Shown piece after piece: positions 36,934-48,359 of a DNA stretch of 64,000 bases. The stretch is from Eledone cirrhosa (Eukaryota). Both the position numbers and the translations under genes were made by a program. The stretch's first letter is position 1, and every line of letters begins with the position of its first letter. Under the pieces are notes generated by a model that ran no database searches, was not told the DNA's origin, and worked only from the letters and a program-made list of their open reading frames with translations. The stretch covers positions 330,150,001 to 330,214,000 of the forward strand of contig OZ024741.1 in the NCBI GenBank assembly GCA_964016885.1, written 5' to 3'.

Positions 36934-39287
36934 CTATAAATTTATCAAAATTTGTAAACTCTGCTCCTTTAAGATTCAATCACGCGCACGAGACCTGCGT
37001 CTTCGTAGGCAGCTACTAAGTTGACCTAAATGGTAGCGCCGCCCTACACGCCATAACCTGTTGTTTGGAAGTAGGAAATTATCAAACCTCGAAAAATAAA
37101 AGCGTAAATTTATAGAATAAAAATAATCATTTCCCACCAAATGAGTGGGTGTGTAGTAGACCTGCGAAACTAATAGTCTTTCTCCACTCCTTTTTCTATT
37201 CGTTGATAACACGGGCAAACAAAATCGTAGAGTAAACTCCGAGGGATGCACACCAACTCTACCCCTCCGTTTTCCTGGGGGGGGGGGGGATTGCGAGCAT
37301 CTTGGAGATCAGATTAGTTGATAACACAGGAAAAAAATAAGAGGAAAATTTGTTCCCCCTCACCGAAATTAACTGGGGCATTTTATAACAATACCGATAA
37401 AAATTGATCTCAACAGGGTTGTATCAAATGACTGAAGTGTAAACATTCCACAACGGATAAAAACCACTTAGGTTATGTATTCCCTACCTACTACTAAAAC
37501 AATCCACTACCCCTGAATATCGAAAGGGTGGCAACACTCAAAAGAGAAGCACGTGGTTTTAAAAGGAAGGCGGGGGAGGTTACCTACACAATGAACGGCA
37601 TTAACAGATAAATATATTTTCTATGTAGAAAAGTATGCTTTTTTTTGTTTTTTTTTCAGAAAAACGAGATTTTTTTTTTTATTGAGTTGTATAAAAAACA
37701 TTACAAATGAAAAAAGAAAAAGGAAAAAAAAAAAACAAGCAGGTAATACACACATCTCGGACCACATCAAAAGACAAGCGAGAGGGGTGGACAAACGAAC
37801 TGTTGCCAGAACGAAAGATAACGATATCGCGAAGAGCACTGGGACTTCTAATAATTTTTGACGCAAATGAGAATGAAAACAAACAAATCATAAATACAAT
37901 TAACTATTGATAGGAACCTTACAAATATAACGCACCAAAATATATGATCAAAGAAAAAATGACCCAAAGTGCCCCGATCGGCTGCACATTACAAGGGTAA
38001 ACGGAAATTGTTGAACTAAGTAGAAAAGTAGCTGCGCTGCGACTTCGAAGTTTCAGCCACTTTTCTAATTAGAAAAAAAAATACTCGGTCTGTGTGGATG
38101 TGCAGGATATTCGGAGATAAAAGACCAAGGAAAACAATGCTCAACTTATCGCAAGAGAGATTATTTAGTTTATATTAAATTGCATTCACTTAACATGTAT
38201 GCGCGAGTTTAGGTATATATATGTGTGCGTATATGTGATAGAGAGAAAGAACTTTTCCTTACAACTTAACTCAGGATGTTTTAAAACTTGCAATAAATAA
38301 CCGTATAACAATAACATTGTGTCTGTGCTATTAAAAGAAAATAGTTATACCATCACGAGGTGTGCAGCCTCTGAGCGGCACGGTCACACGTGCACAAATA
38401 TATATTGTTTTATAACAGTATTGGGACAAAACTAGACCGATGAAATAAGTACTGGATTCGATACGATAGACTAAATCCTTTCTAGAAAGTACAGTTGAGT
38501 AAATATGTAGAATATGTTGACATAAAAAAATAAAAACATCATTAATTAGTTGAGTATATTTTTCACCAAATACTGCAGTGAACAATTTTATTACACCTGT
38601 CTCTTTTAGGTTCTGAGTTCAAATCCCAACAAGGTTACTTTTGCCTTTCATCCTCACGAGTTCGATAAAATAAAGTGCCAGTAAAGCAGTGGGACGATTT
38701 AATCGCCTTTCCTCTCCCCCCACAAAATTGTTGGCCTTGTGCCTAAATTAGAAACCATTATCATTTAGTTCAAATCTCGTCGAGGTTATCTTTACAGGGT
38801 CGATTTAATCGACTTTCTCCCTTCCCTTCAAATTGCTGGCCATATGCCAACAGTAGTAATTATTACACTCGTCTCCGAGGCATGTCATGGAGTTCTCGGG
38901 TGGAGGAAGATATATTCATTCAAAACATTTAAGTGGAAAAAAATCGTAAAAAAATCCCAGGAAAAACAAGTTTCACTTCTAAAATTCTAACCAAACCTTA
39001 AACTAACTACTCTTAAAATTATTTTTTTAAATAAATAGTTACTATTACACTCGTCTGGGTGACGGGTGTAATAAAAAAATTTACTAAATTCAATATTCCA
39101 TATTTCAGAAGGTATGTTTGTGTTGTACATAAAGTATCCTCTATTTACGATAAACTTTTTATAAAGTTATTGCTAATAAATCTTTACAACAAAAATAATT
39201 TAAGAAGAGAACTGAATATATTTTCTGATGGAAAAACATTACCTTTTGGGGAGCAATCGTCATTATACAGATCTTTCTTTAACTGAC

Positions 39288-39294
39288 AAGCCAT
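39288..39294 (-). CDS. PAICS: predicted PAICS exon 1 coding part (ATG GCT T)
   Basis: GACATGG start, phase-1 donor T|GTCAGT. Splicing to exon 2 gives MASGKDVALG and a 1269-nt CDS (422 aa). Lies just downstream of E2F/E-box motifs. Confidence 0.6.
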
Positions 39295-39335
39295 GTCGTA
39301 TTGTGAAGAGGACGAACGTAGAAAAAAACGTAGAG

Positions 39336-39362
39336 TGGCGCGAAATATATAAACCACGTGAC
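39336..39362 (-). promoter_or_regulatory. putative PAICS proximal promoter: E2F site plus E-box
   Basis: TTTCGCGCCA (39336-39345, minus strand) and CCACGTGAC (CACGTG at 39355-39360), 40-65 bp upstream of the predicted ATG. Confidence 0.5.
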
Positions 39363-41089
39363 ATGTCATAACACTACACGACCCTCACTACCTCTTTCGG
39401 GTATATGCATAACGCTGCTGTATGGAAAATACTTTTGGTAATTTGGATATTAATTACACTATGTTATAAAATTGTGTTCCTATAATGTTTATTAATGATC
39501 CAATCTGAGGTGTGTACCCGAGATACCTTGCACTTTTGGCAGCGAGAGAAACAAGATAGTGTCTGAAACTCGTTGCTGAACTAATATCTCAAGGGCCTTT
39601 GTTTGCGTACTTACAGGCATCAATAAATACGAGTAAACATAGATACATACATGCACATACGTACACACATACATATGGTAATGTGCTTTAGTGTGGATAC
39701 ATTTTTTTCTGTAATATACGTGACTTTAAAATTGAATTAATTTCACATATTCATGAAGTATTAAGTGTCTTATGTTTGTAAGGATGAAGATTTCTTTACA
39801 AATTCAAACATACTTACAGATAAAAAAAATAATGGGGTTTATTGGTTATAAAAATCTAGCTAGCATTTATAATGAAATTTACATCTTATAAGCAAATATA
39901 TATTTAGCACTTGTATCATCATCATCTTTTAAGGTCCGTTTGCCTGGCTAGGAAGGGTTGAATGGATTGTCATAAACTAAGTCAGTACCCAACTGGAGAC
40001 ATGATTTCCCAGACAGGCTGGAGATAAGGGATGCATCTCAATTATATACATTCCTGTGTTTTATAAAATGTATTGGGTGTGTTTTATTTTTGCACCCACT
40101 AAGCAGGTTGTGTCTTCAATGCAATTGAAAAGTCCTTTCAACCCTTTATTTGGCAAGTTTACTACTGCTATATGCCCTTCCAGTCACCAACCACTTTGTA
40201 GTGTACAGGGTACATTTTATCCTGACACCAGTACAAGGGAGGTTGTGTAGAGGTAATTTGATACTCTCTTCAATACGATTTCATTCGGTCTCTCAGGGCC
40301 ACAAAAAACTTAAGTTTCTATTTTAATCGTTTTTTATTACGAAGTCTACAATTTTGACATAAAAATTGGCATCTACCCATTCCCAAGTTCTGGAGACAAA
40401 ATGAGCGATTCTGAGTCAACATAGGGTAGTTGCGGAAAGTATTTCAACCAGTTAAGATGTAGTCACTATATCACCCAGACTCTTGGGGGGGGGGGGGGGG
40501 GTTCTTTCTCTCTCTCTGCCACACAAACGACCGTCATCTCATTACAGAACAATATTTACCTTACGTATAATCACTCAGCAAGCCAGCTTTACTACTACAA
40601 GATGCCAATGCTTCCTATCACTACATTCACTCAACAAACAACTTCGTTACATTTTCTTTTCACTGCAATTATATCACAAATGTAATGTCCTTTCAATCCT
40701 TTGTTTGGCAAGTTTTCTATGATTGGATGCCCTTCCTGTCATCAACCACTTTATAGGGTACTGGGTACATTTTATCTTAGCATCAGTACTAAGGAGGTTG
40801 TGTTTTTGACACAAATGAAAAGTTTAGCAAGTTTTCTTCCTCTCACCAACAACTTTACGCAATGGACTGGATATGTTTTATTGGAAACAAACATTTTGAA
40901 TCCAAAATTAAATGTGTTCCCCTTTCCTGTATTTATTGACTATTCTTGGTGTAGCTGAAATTATCAAGTGAATATGCTTTGCTGAGGAGATCTAATTAGA
41001 TTGAAACATGTCTGTTGGTTTCACCAAGTTAGCTTACAGACAAAGTCTACTCCCATTGCATTGCCTTAAATTGTTCCAAAAGACTTAAC

Positions 41090-41435
41090 ATCGTCACTCA
41101 GCAAAGGCTCAGATTTCTATATGCTTCAAACTTGGCTTGGAGAGCGAGCTGGCAACAGACATCTTGACTCACCCAACAGAATGTCAACCCCAATATGACC
41201 CTCCCTCCAAGCGCTAATCTTCCTCGGAGAGAGTGGGTGTCCCTGAATTGGCTACGCATTGGTCAATTCAATGCAGCTATGTACTGCTGGGGGCTGTGTA
41301 CAGCAGCACCTTGCCAGTGTGGTTCGCCAGAGCAGACTGCTCAACATATACTGAGTTAGTACCTAGATCTCCAACCACCTGAGTACATAGAACTCACACA
41401 CTCTAATCTCACTACCGTGAGCTGGTTACAATGCC
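41090..41435 (+). mobile_element. LINE C-terminal zinc-knuckle remnant
   Basis: PPSANLPRREWVSLNWLR...WGLCTAAPCQCGSPEQTAQHIL. Confidence 0.6.
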
Positions 41436-42108
41436 TTAAACCTTTAGCATTTAAACTGGCCAGAATTCTCTCACTTCTTTCTGTTCAAACTGGCCACTTA
41501 AGGTATTGTTCTAAAAATGAATAATATCAAAATCTCATAGATTCGATATTATGAAAGGTAAAGTCTTTACCGTGAAAATATAGTAATATAGAATAATGTA
41601 AATGCTAAAGGGTTGACATCACATAATAGGAGCCATCCTATACACTATTACAAGAATCAGTTAAAGCTTTAGGAGTTCTCTCCCTTGCTTACTTTCCTTT
41701 ACCTGAACAGTTGATTGACTTTATATATATATATATATTTTGTATGTGTGGTAGAAAGCAGGAATGTATGAGATGCGGGCCCCCAGCCCGTCTGAGCACT
41801 TGGTAGAGTGTGACAATGTACGTAAGCAATATGCAGGCTCCAGGCTCATCTGAATGATCAATAGCTTCGCTTGAGTACTGACTTAAACTGTGATAACTTG
41901 TCAAACTTTGCTAGCAAGGAAAACGTGTGTTAAATGATATCAATTTTTATAGTATATGAAGAATTCAGGAAATTAAAAAATATATTTGCTTTACGATTAC
42001 ATATTTTCTGAGAAATACAGCTGTCTGGGATATAGTCTGTCACTCCCTTTCATTTTATCTTTTCTTTTTCTTCAATTCTCAATTTCCTTATTGCTTTATT
42101 TTGTTTAA

Positions 42109-43226
42109 CAGTTCACGACACCATTGAAGCCTATTTTGTGTTTTACTCATTCAGTTTTTACTTTTAAACCCATTATATCGTTGAGATCTTTTTTTTTGCA
42201 CTGTTAATTATTTTTTCTCTCCTCTCGAGATGAAAAGTTATGAAGAAACGGACCAGTTGAAGATCGTGTTTTGAAGCTGAGAAGAAACAAAAGACAGGGA
42301 AATGTTGTTTCTTACACTCCCAAGAAGAAGCATAAGGTTTTGAATAAACCATTTCTCGAATCTGTGGATAGTTTTGTAAAAAAAAATCTACCTAGGAGAA
42401 GCTGGATATTCTCTCTGTACAAGCCAAATTTCGTCATGAACATGTCATGCAACACAGTAATAAAAGACCTTGGTAAATGAAGAAGAATGCAGATGCCATG
42501 AACCTTACTGCGAATGTCCTTTGTTGAAGTAATAAATTCTGCAGCAAAATCTAGACCGAATTTGTTGAGACTGGAGAAAAAAATTTCAGAGCAGATGGCA
42601 CCAAAAGGATTGTGGAAGGTCAAGAATGAGAGATTCCATTCAAAGCAGATCTGAACTGTGTACTATGGGAAAAGCTGAGAGAGTACAGCAAACTACACAT
42701 CTTTCCAGTCGTTTGTTCCATGGCAAGAAAAAGAGATCATCTTTTCTCCACTGCATCATTCCGATTTGCAGCTGATGGAGCTCGTATGGGCCATTGTCAA
42801 GGAAGAATGGGAAGACAGTACACCACAAACACCACCTTTGAGCAAGTACTGGCATGACTGTATGCATCATTTCAGAATCTGTAGAGCAAAACAGTCCGAG
42901 GATGCATTAACAAGGCTAATTCTCATCTGAACAAGCTGTATGAACATATTAGAGCCATTGAAGATGATGAAGAGTCCGAAGATGAAGTCAGTGATGGTGA
43001 AAGTGATACTTCAGGCAGTAGTGAAGATATTTTCAATGATAAAATACACTACTTATGACCCTGGTTTCTTTTATTTTTTCTCAAAATTGAAAAACATTCA
43101 TAACTTTTGAACCAGAAGTACAAAACTACCAAATTATACTTTATTCTACTCATCCAAACTATATCTATCTCCCAATAACATCAAAGCAATGTGTTAAAAA
43201 AACGGCCTCAATGGTATTGCGGACTG
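42109..43226 (+). mobile_element. degenerate IS630/Tc1-like DNA transposon
   Basis: TIRs CAGTTCACGACACCATTGAAGCC / GGCCTCAATGGTATTGCGGACTG. Remnant PLHHSDLQLMELVWAIVK and an acidic C-terminus. Confidence 0.65.
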
Positions 43227-43889
43227 TAAATAATTAAAAGTCATCTGTAAAAAAACAATGTTTTATCTTCATCTAATAATGAAGCAAGGGTTGGAAAGGT
43301 TGAAACAGAACATGTCAGTACTTAATCTGAGCTACTAGCCTCTCAGATGGGCCAGGGACCCACACCTTGTTTCTCTACTCTACAGAGTGCATCAAATACA
43401 TTTTATTATAGCATCAGCACCAAAGAAGTTGTCATGTCTTTGATATAACTGAAGAGTCAACCCCATTTTCTTCATTAGGCAAATTCTTTACAGCTGGATC
43501 CCCTTTTTATCCCCAATATTGAATATCAACCATTACGTACATTTCCCAGATCATTGGCTCAAGATCTATATCGATTTGAGCAATCTGACTCATCAATTTG
43601 TTTATCAGACACGTTGATTCCACAAAAAACAATTTACATCTCAAGGGTATCTGACCTCTTATCAATACATATATATACATACAGACTTGGTGTGGTGCTG
43701 GGTAGTAGGAGGACCTCTTGCTTCAATCAAGGGGTCAAAGATGCCATGCAAGCAAAGGAGGAGGCTTACAAAGCTTGGTTTGGAAATAAATCCTTTCTTG
43801 CACTTGTGGCATAAACAGGATCCCAAAATCACAGCAGTGACAATAAAGACACAGAGATGAGACAGGCATTTCCTGTATACAATATTTTC

Positions 43890-45010
43890 ATGTCTAGGGT
43901 TTGATTAGTTAGTGTTTAGTTCTGGTATGGTTAGCGATGGTGGGTCCTTCCAGTCCTGCAGTCTGGTATTAGTTGTCAATAAGCAGCTTGTTTTTGTTGA
44001 TGATGCTTTTAGGAATCTGTTTCCTAGTAGCTCTGCTTGTGAAATTTGGATTAACATCAGTTGAAATCTTTGTTAAATTCTATTGTTTCTATGTGACTCA
44101 CCCTAGCTGGTGCATTGTTGTAGTAATCGGCATGTTGAGTACTTTTTGTTTCATTTGGCTAATGGTATTGTGGTAAAGACCAGTGTCGTGTTCCAGAGTC
44201 ATGTCTAGGAAGATTGCCATTCTTGTTGTCAAATCTATTATATCTACTCCAAAGTTTCTAAAGAAATGCATGAATTTTTCTCATTGATCTATTTGGTTTG
44301 TGGTGTTTTGGAATGTGAAAAGGGCTTTGTCCCTATACAGTCCTGTTCCCCCACTTGGGAACTCCAGCCATATAAAGTGTAGCACATCCCTACAATGTCC
44401 AAAATCTGTGCTGAGTCACTAAATCTCATTGTAATGTCGAAACTATCCAGTTGGTCTTTGTGTTCCTAAAGTTTTCCTTCGAATTTTATTAATGGCTTTC
44501 TAGCTATTATACCCATTTCACTTCTTGTGAAGCTAGAGTGCCTAATTGCTGAATGCATAATGGTTTGAAATATCCAGCTGGACGAAGCTAGCCTCTTGTT
44601 TCATATCCATAATCTAGTTCTGAGTTAAATTTTAAGTCTGGGAATAATTCTCTTGATTATCATCATCATCATCACTGTTTTATGTCCGTTCTTCCACGCT
44701 AGCATGGGTTAGACTATATTCATACTAATTCTACAAAATCTGATCTCAAAGAGGCTATAAATCTTACTGGGAGTCTACTTTCAAAGTCGGTTTTGTGATC
44801 CTTAATGGTGATGTGGGGTATCCTAGGTTTGCATGGTTCTATTCTATAATGTACACAGTTCAATCATAAAATTGCATGTCTTCTTATTAATTCTGTTGCA
44901 GTTCACAGTCAATAATTTTACTGCATTTCTTTCATAATATAGTTGTGGAAAGTTTTGTAATCTATGGAGTATATATGTCTGTTTTGTTGGAGGGTACCAT
45001 TATTCTTGTT
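43890..45010 (-). mobile_element. Penelope-like element RT remnant
   Basis: Minus-strand GTGLYRD (compare PLE GLYRDD) at about 44340 and IFLDMTLEHDTGLY (compare FLDVTL) at about 44200. Heavily decayed, boundaries approximate. Confidence 0.55.
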
Positions 45011-45676
45011 AATTATTTCTTTATTCAGGCAATCAGCTTATCCAGCAGACATTAATATTATATATATACAATAAGGATAAATTTCAAAGTTTGATGTAGA
45101 AAAGGATTTTTAAACATCTACAAGGAACTTTGCATTTATCCTTATTGTACATATACCCTGTCATGGACTAACATCATATTTGGAAGAAAATATAGGACAT
45201 TGAATGCTTAAATCGAATGGCATGATTGTTCAAGGATCGGTGCGTTGATTACTGTATTACACACTTTACCAAAAATAATTAGTGAATTACTCCACTCTTT
45301 CTCTCTCTGTATATATATAGAAAACCTTTCTTGATTTCTTTTGAATGAAACAGTACTAGTCCCGTAGAAGCCATTTCTATATTAAACTTGATGTTTACAT
45401 GCTACTAATGTATTGAGTATCTTACTTACTGTGGTTATATATATGTATGTCAAACTTAAGCCAAAATCTCATTTGTATTTAAATCGGTTAAAATAAGTTG
45501 GTTTTGGTTGCAATTTCTAGAGTCAATATAAGCCCGTAGTATTGTCATAATACATTAAATGGGATATATTCATATAGTAATTCAGCGATGCAATACGTTG
45601 TTCACCATGCGGTCTAGCAATGACATAATATGTATGATATATATTCAACTTGCCTCCTTATTCCTAAGAAAGAATT

Positions 45677-45782
45677 TTCCTCCTGATGAGGGAACTGAAA
45701 TTTTTCCAATATTGGTTATTCCAATGTCTTGGAATTGATTGCCAATGTTGTTTCTTGAGTTCCAGAAACCATTGTCGGGGAA
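45677..45782 (+). ncRNA. putative type I hammerhead ribozyme with ~75-nt rod-like stem II
   Basis: ttcctc-CTGATGA-g-ggaact...agttcc-a-GAAAC-catt-GTC-ggggaa. Stem I is 6 bp. First stem II pair is G.A. Confidence 0.6.
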
Positions 45783-46479
45783 TTATATAAGTAAAACTTA
45801 TTTTAGCCAATTTGACTTATATCCCCCAAATTGAGATTTTGACTGAAGTTTGATATATTTTATTATATATCTTATCCTTTCATTGAGATATTTACGTATT
45901 AAAGACAATTAACTTTATAAATTAATATTGGCTCATTGGGAAAGTTCCCTAAATGGAAAGCGTTGCCAGGTTAGCTGCTGCCAAGCATTGTCCACTGAAT
46001 CAAGGATGGATTAACCCTTTCTAATGAAACACACTTTTTCAATTCATTAATTCTTACCACATGAAACCTCATTAACAAGACATAGAGCTGCGTTGTATTG
46101 AAAAATACAACGCAGCTCTATGACTGCACCGCATTAAAAATTTGCAACTTTTCACTACGATATCTGCTAATAAAGATACTATAAACATTTGAATTAACAA
46201 TCCAGTTGTTAAGTATTTTCTATTATAGGATGTTAAGAGTTATCGCAAAAATTTTGAGTGATTTTACTAAAATTATTAATTATTTCTTTGATAAGAGAGT
46301 AACTTAACATATGGTTCTGATATAAAATTATGTTGGAAGATTTTAATTTAAATGGGAACCCTTTAAAATGGGTGGCTTTGTTTCACAGAACCAGAGCAGA
46401 TTTTGGCCAGGTGGCATCAAAACAGTTAAACAGTAATTCCTTAGTTTACAACCACAGAGATAACGTGTTAGTTTGTGTA

Positions 46480-46890
46480 TGTTTATGTGCCTAGGGTTGT
46501 ATGTATGGGTTTGTGTATATCTTTGTTGGTATATGTATCTGTGTGTGTCTTCCTATATATGCTGGTTTGTGTGTGTGTGTCTTTCTGTGTGCGTACACAT
46601 GTATATGTTGGCCTGTGTGTGTCTACCTGTGTATGTCTGTCAGTGTGTATGTTAGCCTGTGTGTGTCTACTATGTATGTTGGTGTGTGTGTATATCTACC
46701 TGTATATGTTGGTCTGTGTGTGTGTGTCTACTTGTGTAAGTTGGCCTGTGTGTATGCATGTGTCTATCTGTATATATTGGTTTGTATGGGTGTGTTTCTA
46801 CCTGTATATGTTAGTCTGTGTGTATGTATATACCTGTATATGTTGGTCTGTGTGTACTTACCTATATATGTGGGTCTGCCTGTGTGTTTG
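46480..46890. repeat. ~30-bp TG-rich minisatellite
   Basis: Repeated CTACCTGTATATGTTGGTCTGTGTGTG units. Confidence 0.8.
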
Positions 46891-47454
46891 TATATATATA
46901 TATAAAAATATATATAGTGTAAGCAAATTTTCATATAGTTAACATGTATGTGGGAGGGAGAATTAGCCTAGGGACAACAACTTCCCTTTTTCATATATTA
47001 CCTGAATGAAGGGCCAGCTTAAAAGTGCCTACTCGATTATACAGTGGTGGCCATGACTGGACCCTGAAACCATTGGTAGCACATACACGTTAAGTGTATG
47101 AAACCGTTTTTATTAAATAAGCTCTCTTCCAATAGATCGAGCACTGTTTTCCACCAACATATATATACGCACACACACACATACACGTGTGTGTGTGTGT
47201 GCATGCTAATTAATTATCTATTGCAATGTGCTTATGAGATAGTTTTCTACGAGCTATTGTGTATGTGCATCTGTATGTGAATGAGTGTATGCTTGCATCT
47301 GCATATATGTGTGTGTGAGTGTATGTGTATATTTAAACATGGAAAGAAGGGATTAAAAATATTTTAAAAAAGGAGATGCAATGATAAACAAAATTGCTTA
47401 AAAGAAACAATGAAGTTGATTCTGTATTCAATATAGAAGAGGGAGAAAGTGTGT

Positions 47455-47665
47455 AACCCAGTGGTTAGGGTGTTGGACTCACAATCATATGTTCAGGGGT
47501 TCAATTCCAGGACTAAGCAGAGCATTGTGTTTTTGAGCAAGATATTGCTTTTCATGATAAGACTGGACCCTGTCATTAAAACATCTGAGAAACCTCAGAT
47601 GAGATAAAAACTCATGGTAGGCCAGCCAATCTTACATAGGTGTGAGCTGTAAATTTCATTTTCAT
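47455..47665 (+). mobile_element. tRNA/CORE SINE, alternative-tail subfamily
   Basis: GTGGTTAGG...GGTTCAATTCC head, TTGAGCAAG, tail ...GTGTGAGCTGTAAATTTCATTTT. Confidence 0.65.
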
Positions 47666-48359
47666 AGGAGAGGGGGTGGGGGTGGACAAGAGATGGGTAG
47701 GGAGAAGGGAGAGAGAGGAAGGAAAGAGAGACAGTGTGAAGAATGAAGAAAGGAGGAGGGAAAGAGAGAAGGGAAGGATGGTGCGGATGATAAGGAGTAA
47801 ATTAATGGTTTCTAATTTAGGCACAAGGCCAGCAATTTGGGGCGAGGGTGGATAGGGAGTCAATTATATCAACCCCAGCATTTTACCGGTACTTTATTTT
47901 ATCAATCCCCCACTGGAAGGATGAAAGGCAAAGTTGACCTCAGCGGAATCCGAACTCAGAATGTATAGAACCACAGTAAAAGAATAATGATGGCCACTAT
48001 ATATATATAAAAAGTGGAAGATGTGTAACAAATCAACATGGCAATGTCTGTTGTTTTAATGCTGATTCTACAGGCTCACACACTGTCATTTCTGTTTGTT
48101 CGATACAGAACAGAACAGGTGTCCTGTATTGAGTTCTCTTTCCCTTCTTTGTTCATTGTCTAAATGTGTAGACACAACATACTCACAAATAACTAGTTAT
48201 ATATAATATATACACACACAAATATATATATATATACACACACAGAAATATACATATATGTAATATATAAACACACATATATATATATATGTATAAACAT
48301 ATATATATATAATGTATAAACATATATATATATATATAATGTATAAACATATATATATA

